Part shown: piece by piece, positions 34,373 through 45,264 of the stretch
Position numbering within the stretch: the stretch's first letter is position 1
Layout of the letters: each line of letters opens with the position of its first letter
NCBI GenBank assembly: GCA_001643675.2
Contig: LSRY02000007.1
Span: forward strand, 372,001 to 436,000
Direction: 5' to 3'
DNA length: 64,000 nt
Source: Monocercomonoides exilis PA203
Taxonomy: Eukaryota > Protista > Preaxostyla
Position numbers and translations under genes: made by a program
The notes under the pieces: model-generated
The model's input: the letters and a program-made list of their open reading frames with translations, nothing else
The model's database searches: none
Told to the model about the DNA's origin: nothing

Positions 34373-37300
34373 ATGTCTTCTTCTCGCTGGGATAAAACCC
34401 CTGTTGTAAAATCAGGTTTGCTTGACTTTAAAATATGTGTATTTGCCTTTTAACTTACTATTTTTTCTGATTTAACAGGGACCATGCCAGAAATTGCATC
34501 AAGATGGGATCAGCCAGACACCCAGCAAATAAATCGTACGGTTGCACCACCAACTGGGATGGGGATGCTTGGAACTCCTATGGCAACTCCACTTCTTGAT
34601 GCGTCTCAAAGTGCAATGCTTGTTACACCTGGTCCTCTTTCTCCTCGAAGAGCTGCAATTGAGCAAGTTATGCGTGCACGCTGGGAAAGAGAGATGGATG
34701 AACGAAATAGACCATTGAGTGATGATGAATTAGATGCAATGCTACCAGCAACAGGATACAAAATACTTCCAGTGTGCTTATTTCTTTATATTTTTTTAAG
34801 CTGTATTAGAAATAATTATTTTACAAAAAACTTTTTCAAATTTCTGAAAATAGCCACCAGAAGATTATGTGCCTTTGATGACCCCAGCTCGTAGATTGAC
34901 ATCAACGCCAAGCCTTGCAAGCTCGGCATTAGTTGCTTCCTCACTTGATGTTTATCGAATGCCTGCAAGAGTCGAAGGTCTTCCAATGGAGGTTTCTTCT
35001 GAATATGAAGGAATAAGCGTTCAACCAGAAGATAAACAACTTTTCGCAAAGCTTCTTCGACCAGTGGATGATGAATCAATATTGACTCCAGAAGATCAAA
35101 AAGAAAGGGAAGTTCTTGGCTTGCTTTTAAAAGTTTGCAAACAATTAATTATATTCACTTTCCTGTAACTTTTAACATTAAATTAAAATCTAATTATTTA
35201 ATCTCGGATATATATATATATATATATATATACATTTCTTTAGATAAAAAGTGGAACGCCACAACAAAGAAGAACTTCATTACGTATTATAACTGAAAAA
35301 GCTCATGAATTTGGAGCAGCTGTTATTTTTGACAACCTTTTGCAGATGATGAAGTCACCCACTTTGGATGATCAAGAGAGGCATTTGCTTGTCAAAGTGT
35401 TGAATCGTGTGCTGTTCAAACTTGATGATGCTGTGCGTCCATATGTGCACAAGATCTTGATGGTTACTGAACCTCTGCTAATTGATGAGGATTTTTATGC
35501 CCGTATTGAAGGCAGAGAAGCAATTGCCAATGTTGCAAAAGCTGCCGGACTTGCTACGATGATTGCTGAAATGCGCCCAGATATTGACAACCCTGATGAC
35601 TATATGCGCAACACCACTGCTCGTGCGTTCGCTGTTGTTGGCGTGGCGCTTGGAGTGAACTCGCTTCTTCCGTTTTTAAAAGCAGTGTGCCTTTCAAAGC
35701 GTTCGTGGCACGCGAGACACACCGGGATCAAAATAGTGCAGCAGATAGCTATTCTTCAGGGATGCGGAATTCTTCCCCATCTGACTGTGTTTGTGAAGAC
35801 CATTGAAAAAGGCTTGGAGGATCGAGAGCATCCTATTCGCACACAAACAGCACTGTCTCTTGCTGCATTAGCAGAAGCTGCTGCACCATATGGTTTTGCA
35901 TCGTTCACGTCTGTTTTAAGGCCATTAGTCAGTGGAACAGCAAAAGAAAAAGGAAAGACATTGGCTGCTTATTTGAAGTGCCTCGGCTTCATTCTTCCAC
36001 TGGCCGATGAAAAAGAAGCAGAAGCATTGGCAAAACTTATCCTTCCTGTACTGAGAAAGGAATTTGCGACTCCTGACAATGAAATGAAAAAGATCGTACT
36101 GAAAGTGGCGCAGCAGATGATCCAGACAAATGGAGTAACAGCAGAAACTGTACGAGAGAAGCTGTTCCCAGATTTCATGCGCTATTTTTGGGTGCCTCGA
36201 ATGGCAATTGAGAGAAGGAGTGCATCACAGCTTGTGGACACAACGGTTGATGTCGCTGCAAAAATCGGAGGAGCAGATGTGTTGACACAAATTGTTCTGT
36301 TTATGAAAGATCCTTCTGAGGCATTTCGGAAAATGACATGTGAAACGATTGACAAGATTGTTGCTGCGCGCGGAATGAAAGATGTTGATGACAGACTGGA
36401 ACATCTGATTGTGGATGGATTGCTGTTTTGTTTGAGCGAAATGCAAAGTAATGATGTGGGCTCATTATCTGGCAATGCTGCAGCCTCATCAACATCCTTT
36501 GGCGCATCGCGCCTTTCAACAAATAATGTTGTGCTCAACTGCATTGGAACTGTTGCAACAAAGCTGGGTGCACGATTTCACGAGCATATCCCCAAAATTG
36601 TTGGAGCGATCTATTGGAGACTTAACAACAAAGATGCACGAGTGAGGCAACAAGCTGCTGATTTGGTTTCTAAAGTTGCAAGTGTTGTTGTTGAATGCGG
36701 AGAAGAACAGGTCCTGTTGCAGATCTCAGCCGCTTTGAACGAGTCGTTGGGAGAAGAATTTCCAGAAGTGCTTGGCTCTATTTTGGGAGCTTTAAAGTCG
36801 ATTGTAAATGTTGTCGGAATTCAAAGGATGAACCCGCCAATCTCCGATCTTCTTCCCCGTTTAACGCCAATTTTGCGAAATCGGCACGAGAAAGTGGCTG
36901 AAAACTGTATTGATCTTGTTGGGAGAATAGCTGAGCGAGGTGCAGAGTATGTGTCTCCGAGAGAGTGGATGCGTATTTGCTTTGAGCTGCTGGACATGCT
37001 GAAAGCTCCTAAAAAGGGAATTCGAAGAGCAGCCACAAACACTTTTGGCTTCATTGCACGTGCTGTTGATCCACACGAGGTGTTGACTGCGCTTCTGAAG
37101 AATCTTCGTGTGCAGGAAAGAACAAACAGAGTTTGCACAACTATTGCCATTGCCATTGTTGCGGATCAATGCCAGCCATTCACTGTTCTTCCTGCACTTA
37201 TGAATGAGTACAAGATGCCAGAGTTGAATGTGCAGAACGGAGTTTTGAAGTCTCTTTCATTCATGTTTGAATACATTGGTGAAATGGCAAAGGATTATGT

Positions 37301-37718
37301 TTATGCAATCACAACTCTTTTGGAAAATGCGCTGACTGATCGTGATTTAGTTCATCGCCAAACTGCAGCTGCTGCACTTAAGCATCTGTCACTTGGCGTG
37401 ACTGGATTAGGCAAAGAAGATGCAATTACACATCTCTTCAACTGTTTGTGGCCAAATATTTTTGAAACATCGCCGCATGTTATTCAAGCTGTGTTTGATG
37501 CTATTGATGGATGCAGAGTTTGCCTGGGACCACTTCGTATCCTTCAATATACACTTCAAGGGCTCTTCCATCCAGCTCGAAAAGTGAGAGATGTGTACTG
37601 GCGGATATTCAACATGATCTACATGGGACATCAAGATGCTCTTGTTCCTGCTTATCCAATCATTCCAGACACGTCATCTCACATTTATTGCAGACCTGAA
37701 TTAGAATTGCTGTTTTAG
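34373..37718 (+). CDS. SF3B1: Splicing factor 3B subunit 1, ~1,029 aa; introns 34416-34478, 34772-34853, 35133-35243
   Basis: SRWD motifs, [37 protein letters not shown] repeats [50 protein letters not shown]. Confidence 0.97.
35208..35232. repeat. (TA)n microsatellite in SF3B1 intron 3
   Basis: Directly visible, just upstream of the acceptor. Confidence 0.85.
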
Positions 37719-38349
37719 GTACAATTGCATACTATTTCATTTTTAAAACATTTCATATCATTTCATGAACTTTCTTCAACTTTGTAACAAATCAGAAAAA
37801 TATTCATCAACTGAATGTGATTCTTTCACAATCTGATGCTTGATTTTGGAATTACTTCAAAAGTTTGTCATTTAAAAACACACAGTTGTCTATTAAAAGC
37901 AATTAACCTTCTGCATGGAATTACAAGAAATCAATAAATAAAATCATATTCATTTTGACTTTCCTTTAAAATTTGCCTTTTTTGGAATATTATGATGTAT
38001 GTGAAAAGAACTGAAAAACACAACCTAATATATTTTTTGTTTGAAAGCTGAGATACTTCAATCAATTCAAATCAAATGCCTAAAAACATTAATGAAACAA
38101 ATGGATCTTTTTTTTTAAAAAAAAAAAAGAATGAGAAATTGAATTTTCAAAAAAATAAACATCAGTTTTATAAATAATGGCAGCTTTATTGTACTTTCAA
38201 ATTTTTACTCACTTTTAACGTGATCAATTATGCATAATAAATTTAAAATTACTAATTTCTCTTTATTTCGCAATGCCTAACAAAAAATAATGATTCTTTT
38301 TTCACTCACAAACATTTCATTATTTAATTTTTATATTCCTGCTTGAGGA

Positions 38350-41025
38350 ATGACAGATGGATCACCAGATAAGTCTGTATTTGTTTATCATCCATCTTTG
38401 GGGTCAATAGCATGTGCAGGTTGTTCAACAACTGGAAAAGGGAGATACACATACAATCAAGATGAATTTGACATTCAGAAAGATTTTTTGACAGAACTCC
38501 CTGGCTCATTATATTTTGGTATTTATTCTGAATAATTAAAGATATAAAAATTCTTCAAAAAAATATTCTAGCAATATTCGACGGCCACGGTTCTGTTCCA
38601 TTTACTAGCAGATATTCTGGAGGAGCAATTGCCGTTTTCGTAAAAGAAACATTGCGAAAACATGTTATATCAGAATTACATCGTGCACTCTTTTATCATC
38701 CACGGAGACGTTCGCGTTCTCACTCAATGATTTGCCTCTCAAAAACCGGAGAACCTTCACAATTTCAATTTCCTCAAGAGCAAGCGAGCATTCAGAAATT
38801 CGGGGAAAGACCAAACAATATTCCTGATGGCAAGGCTTCAAACAAAAAATATCAAAATTTTAAAGAAGATAAAGAAGGCTTAGAATTGCTTTTAAAGGCT
38901 ATGCATGAATCTGATCGGGGAGTTGAACGACAAGCTCTAATTGACATCCAACGCTTGATAGATGGAGAATACTCTCGTTCTCATCCAAATGTAATGACTC
39001 ATTCATTAACTATGGATGAAAAAAAGCAAATTACACGAAAAATGGAAGGCCTCTCATTAGAAACGTCTGTTGAATCTCCAAGAGTTATTCTTCATGATTC
39101 TGTCTTTTCCCCGAAGAATTCGGAAGCATCTTCCATTACTGGAATACAACCATCGCCTTCAGATAGTGTTTCAACAATTACAACAACGACAACAACGAAT
39201 ATTCTTTCATCGCCTTCCAGTATTGCGACTTCAGCATCAACAGCAACGTCATCAACAATGTCGTCTACCGTATCAATGTCATCTATCTTTTCATCAACTT
39301 CAGCCACCACAGTTGGCATCACATCACCCCGCACTCTATCATCGCCAGCATCGCCAACAACGCTGACAATTCCTTCTGCATCCTCAAATCTGCGCCAATC
39401 TACCGTTTCCTGCACATCCTCCTTGACTCCTTCACAGTCTCCGTTCAACCCAGCAAAAGCAGCGCTTTCCCCATCTTTCGCCTCTCTTGCCCGCGACTAC
39501 CACTCGCCATCGTCTCTGTTCTGCGGCACACAAGGCAGAGTGTGCCGCCTCAACCAGCGAGGCTCAATCGCCGCTATCTCTGATGCGCTAAAACGAGCCT
39601 TTCGGCAAACAAACAAGGCTTTGAACAACTACCTTCATTCAGTTTGACGATTATTTGATTATTTACTTTTCTTTGAAATCTAATTTATATCTATCATTTA
39701 ACATCATTGTTGATGATTTTATCCCTTATCCAAACAATCGTTGAATGATTAATAAACACCAAACGTAATCGTCACAGACTGGTCTTGCTGTGCACCCATC
39801 TGGCGGAACAACAGGTGTTGTGTGTGTGATTTTGTGGGACTTGCTGTTTGTGGCAAACATCGGCGACTCCTTTGCGGTAGTGGGCGGATACACAGAAAGC
39901 GGAGTCAGCACAGTCAGCCTCACCCGAAGGCACCACTGGTGCTGGAAGGACGAGCGAGACCGCATCATCGACGCCGGCGGGCGTTTTCTGCATTTCCCAC
40001 AGAGTGGCGTGACTTATCTTGTCGACAGAGAGAAGAAGTGCACTCTTTCGATGTCGCGCGCGCTGGGAGACAGAGAATACGAAGACGTGGGGATGGAGAC
40101 AGAGGCAGAGGTGGATGTGCATTTCCTGCGGAGGTGGAGGGATTTTGTGGTCATTCTCGGAACAGACGGAGTGGGAGATGTGCTCAATCCGGATGAATGT
40201 GTTGCTGAGGTGAGCGAAGTGTACTACAGCTTTCTGGAGGAGGCTGAGCGAATTGAAGAGAAAAGGAAAGCGCAGGAGGAGGCAGAGGAGAAGAAGCACG
40301 AAGAGAGGAAAAGAAGAGAGCTTCTGCAAGTGATGAGTCAGGAGAAGTTCCACAGAAGAAGGAAAAGTGATGTGATAAAAGATAAACTGGGAGATGGGCA
40401 TCAAACCCCGCTTTTTATGTCGCTGCAGCAACAAAACGCAGATGAAGCGAAGATTGCTGAAGAAGACAGCAAGACTGGAAATGAATTGCCACAAAACATT
40501 CGCCAAAAAAATTCACAGGCAAATGGTGCGAAATCTTCACAGATGCCAGTCCAGTCACTGAGTCCTGACACTTTCATGCAGATCCATCCATCAACAACTG
40601 CTGCTGCACCGTTTTTCAGCACTTCAATTGCTCCTTCGTTGTCTGCCTCGTTCACATCACCCGCAACACCAGCCACACCAATTACTCTTTCACTCGATAA
40701 TTCAAGCCAAATATCAGCCTCATCTTCCTCAGACGCTTCACTTCCATCTCCACGACCTCAGATTGATCCAAACTCGTCCTTGGCAAGCATTGCACTGACA
40801 GGCGCGCATTCGATCATTGCTGCTGCCACGAACAGGTGGGTGCAGACAGGGCAGATGGCGCAGATGGACAACATGACAGCAGTTGTGCTCTTTTTGCACC
40901 ACATCCCGCTGCTTCCGCCGTCTCAGGTGTTTACTCCTGGGTGCTTGATCTCAGGCAGCGAGCTGATGGGCAGCGACTCTGCTTCTGACAGCAGCACGGA
41001 AAACGATTCTTCAAATGCAACATGA
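38350..41025 (+). CDS. PPM/PP2C-family Ser/Thr phosphatase, ~828 aa; introns 38519-38571, 39642-39777
   Basis: Motifs GR..NQDEF, AIFDGHG, GGTTGVV, ANIGDS, LTRRH..ERDRI, MSRALGD, ILGTDGVGD, DNMTAVV. Confidence 0.9.
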
Positions 41026-41578
41026 GGATGTTGGCTAAGCTTTGTTATTAAAAAGCGTTATTTCCTGATATCTTATAATTTCATATTACCAATTTGTTAG
41101 CTGAAAAAAAAGTGTCATTTGCTAAAACTTACACTAAAACGAAACATTTGAAAATTTGTCATTTTTCTAAAAGAAAAACACAAGATTGAAGTTTTCTGTT
41201 GAAATGTTACACTATTTTCTATGATACCTGCCTTGCACTTTCAAAATTATTTTTCTCTTTCTTTCTTTTTATACGCATTCTTCTTAACTTTGAGTTGTTT
41301 GGAAATACAACTTTTGTATCTAATTTTCTTCTTGTTTCGTTCACAGCAAGAAAAATTATAAATGGAATGTCAAATTTGTCATATTTTCATTGTGGAAAAT
41401 AATTGTTCAACATGAATGATTGAAGAAAAAAGTCAAAAATTAAGCTAAATAATGTTTGTTTCATTTTGTAAATTGAAAATAAAACTGTTTTCGCTTCAGA
41501 TATTACTGATTAATACATGGTGTTAAAATAAAAATTAAAAATTCATCATAACATCGATTCTTTTTATGCAAGTACTTT

Positions 41579-42356
41579 CTATTCTTTTGCTTTTTTCCAT
41601 TGGACATATTCATTGTAGGACATAGATTTCTTAGCTGTTTGATACCTAGTAACATGTACTTTTTCTTTCACGCTATCAGTAAAGCTTCCCATAAATCCCC
41701 CTTTTTGCAAGCAAGATTCAACTGCTTCTTCATGATTCCAACCTTGTTCAGGCATAACGTCAGGAAGATATGTTGCTCCATATGAACGTCCACCTGAAAT
41801 AAGCTTAACTCGTATTCCATGTGTTCCAATCTATCAAATGATAAAATAGAAAAAGCACATTCGAAATGATACACACAAAAAGTAGAAACTATACAATCCA
41901 ATCGTCCCATTTGCTGCAGTCTTCAAAAGAGTGCATCAGAGAAACACTGACTGACATATCTTTGACTTCTGAGATAGAAACAGGAGAAAATCGACTATCT
42001 TGTGTTGCGCTAATGATCGAATACTCCTTTAGTCCTTCATGAATTGGTAATGGAGAAAACGTGCCTTTAGAAATGTTTCATCAATAAATCAATTTTTTAA
42101 AAATACAACCTTTTAAAAGAAGAAATCAAACCAATGCATCCTCTTAAGTGACCCTTCTTATTCCACGTTACAAATATAGGACTATGAATGATTAAAATAT
42201 GTTATATTTCTTGCAAAATTTTCGAAAATAATTATCAAATAAATACTATTCTGAATTTGCAAAAGATGGATCCGCAATCATTGTTTTATGATCCAAATGA
42301 TTTATCAGTGCATCAAAGCAGTATGCACACATGTCGGATGTTGCAACTTCAGTCAT
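41579..42356 (-). CDS. AMMECR1: AMMECR1-family protein, 193 aa; introns 42182-42246, 42065-42131, 41831-41894
   Basis: Manual splice: MTEVATSDMCAYCFDAL..PIFVTWNKKGHLRGCIGTFS..GLKEYSIISATQDSRFSPV..DWIIGTHGIRV..ATYLPDVMPEQGW..KGG..VTRYQT; diagnostic LRGCIG motif. Confidence 0.93.
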
Positions 42357-42552
42357 TGTTGACAATGTTTATTTCTTAATTGAAAAGAAAAATTATGGGC
42401 ATAAGTGATAAAAGTCTGTTTATTTGTTCATAATTATATTAAATATCAAGAAGAGCGAAAAAGATATTAAAAACAAAAATGTCTTTCCCCTCCTCTTCTC
42501 AAATCAAAAGTCAAATGATGTGCAATTTTTTTTTGTGAATTTTTCAAATTGA

Positions 42553-43415
42553 TCACACAGCTTTTCCAATCCTCTGCTTTCCCCGAATGGTGTGAATCTT
42601 GAAAAATAGCGAGTCAATAATTCCAGCAACCGTATAAACACCACCGATAATGGCACACAGAGAAGTGAAGAAGGGGAGAAATGAAGGCCGCGTTTCAGTG
42701 AGCGTCACACGAATTGGTGAAAGATCATACCAGATATGAATGCCTGAAGAGGAATAAATGAAGAAAAGCATACAAAATCATACGAGTATTCAAACAACAC
42801 ACAAAATAGCATTTTAAAGAAACAATGAAAACTTAGAGTGCTTAATTAATCAACACACCTGGAGGTTTAGTTTCTCCAAATACGAATTTCTCAAAGTATT
42901 GAGTCACAGAAAACTGATATGTTGAGTGAGAAGCAGTCGAAGAAAGAGGCTTAATTGTTGTTGGGACGATTTTGGCAAAGTAATTGAACGAACCAAGATC
43001 AGCTTTTATTAAATGTGTCATCATTAATAGTTAAATAAAAGAAAGAAATCAATTTGATTGAAGATGAGTAAAGTATCAAAGAAAGACCCAGAATGAGAAA
43101 GAGAGAAAGAGAGAAAGAGGAAGAGAATATATTTGCACAAGAAACAAAGGATGAAATAATTATCACAAAAAAATAAGCAAATTGCTAACTCTGAACAACA
43201 GTTTTGGAGTCAAGAGGAGCAGCAAGCGCAACAGACTCATCGCCATCGCTTGACATTTTTGTCATTTTTTGGGCAACTTTGCGAGAAACTTCAGGGCTTA
43301 AAACATCTGAAACACGAAGCACAAATCATGGGAAGAGAAAAAGACAAAATTTTATAAAAAATAAAATAAAAAGGAAGTGAATGAAAATGTGAAAATCAAA
43401 AAAAAAAAAAAAAAA

Positions 43416-43448
<33 letters not shown>

Positions 43449-45129
43449 TAAATAAATAAAAAAAAATAAAATAAAATAAAATAAACAAAAAAGTTATCGA
43501 TAGAATTAAATTCGTAACTTTCTATTCGGGATGATGCAATGTTCTTTATCTCATATATCAAAACTCATCAATATCTTCTGTTTAGCACACCATTCTTTTT
43601 AATCTTATCCACATGCTTCAACGCATATGCGTTTGCATAAGTGTCTTCGCCTTGGCCAAAAGAAAAGTGATCAACGGTGTGGGTGATGTTGAAGTTCTCT
43701 TCCAAATATCGAGTGGCCTGCTGGACATTCGTGGCAGGCATAGTGAAAGTGGAAACTGGCACAATCTGGAACATCCCTTGACACTGAATAACAGAAGAGA
43801 AAGTTTGAATATTCAAAATTTAGAAATAGAAAAAAAGAAAGAAAAAATGATAAGATTCAAAATTTTTTAAAGATAGTTAATGAACATCAAAATAAGTTAA
43901 AAAAATTTTACAGCAATAAAAAATAAATTTTGGCAAAAAAGGCAATTCCATTACAAATTCACAATTCAAAGCATTTCAACATAAATCCACATGCCCTGTG
44001 CACAGTCACTTTTCCATGAATGTTGCATCCGCCTCTGTCGTTTCTGACATGATACTCAAACTTCTTCAGGCCTTCACACTGCTTAGTTCCGAAGCCAAGT
44101 TGGTCTGTCAGCCCACGGTTGTAATAAGAGCAAAGCAAAGCATCGCAGTTGTTGCAGCACTCGTCAGGCTGTTAATAAAAAAAAGCATTTCATTTTGAAG
44201 AATAATAATTTGAGAATTCACATAACAGAGAAACATTAAAAAGATATTTGAATTATCAATTGAAGAAATATCATTAAAAAAAATAAAATAATAAAATAAT
44301 AAAAATAAAATCAACATTTTCGAATTGAAGGGCAGCAAAAATTCAAATCCATGTATACGTATTCTTTTCATTATTGAAATCATACATCACCACCATCTCC
44401 ACAAGGAAGGCATTGATCTTCTGTATTGTTACGTCGTCTCCAAGTGGGAATAAAAGGCTTTGAAGAGTCATATGTTCCATCTGCACAATTCAGAATAATA
44501 AGTAAGCATTAAACAGACAACAAAATGTTATGTCAATCTCCTTTTTAAATTAAACATCTTACAAGCCTATAAGTGCCTTTCTTCCTGGATTATTGCCGAA
44601 TCGATCGATTTCATGTTTCCAAATATTATCTTTTATATTCGTTTGTTGAACACCACTTTTATCTTGAACTTCAAGTGTCAAATCTAAACTCAAAAAGCAT
44701 ATTCAAAAAAACACGTCAATTCGTCAATTACATGAAGAGAAAGTTAAACATCTGCATTGAATGTTTGGAAGCGTGAAGTCAAAGAAAATATCAAATGTCT
44801 CTTCTAAGGATTTATCTACAGATAATTCATTTTTCACATCGATCTTCCTGAAGTGTAGAAACTCGCCAATAACCAAAATAATGCATATCACCAGGCAAGA
44901 AAGCGAAACTACAATATCGTTTTTGAAAAATGTCAGAAAATCAGCTTTTAAAACTTCAAAGATGGCGGCATACGAATAGCTCCACTAGTCGTTTGAACAC
45001 GAGTTAACTCTAAAAAATAATTACAAATAAGGCATCAAAAAGCAAAAATGGATTGAAGTTCCAAATAAAACCTTCGTTTTCGACTTTTCTATAAATGTCA
45101 AATTTCTTTAAGTATTTTGCTACGCTCAT
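42553..45129 (-). CDS. ERGIC3: ERGIC3/Erv46-like COPII vesicle protein, ~427 aa, 10 exons; introns 45010-45071, 44909-44973, 44684-44749, 44481-44566, 44169-44385, 43784-43994, 43307-43590, 43003-43189, 42744-42858
   Basis: LKKFDIYRK..TTSGAILSL+TM; CLPC..ECCNNC; GCNIHGKVTVHR..GMFQIVP; NITHTVDHFSFG; YFAKIVPT..YQFSV; PGIHIWYDLSPI..FFTSLCAIIGGVYTVAGIID; GKAV terminus. Exon total 1,284 nt is in frame. Confidence 0.9.
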
Positions 45130-45264
45130 CCAAAAGCAAAACACAAGAAAGTCAGAATCTTAGAGGGTTGACAAGAAAAGTTTAGGGGTCAGATCTTATT
45201 TATCCAAAAATTATCTAAACATAAAATTTCTGCTTATTGAAAGCAAAAGTGTATACATACTTTA

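Noticed and set aside
43352-43561. Phe-rich ORF and A-tracts
   Set aside because: Lies within ERGIC3 intron 43307-43590 (poly-T on the sense strand).
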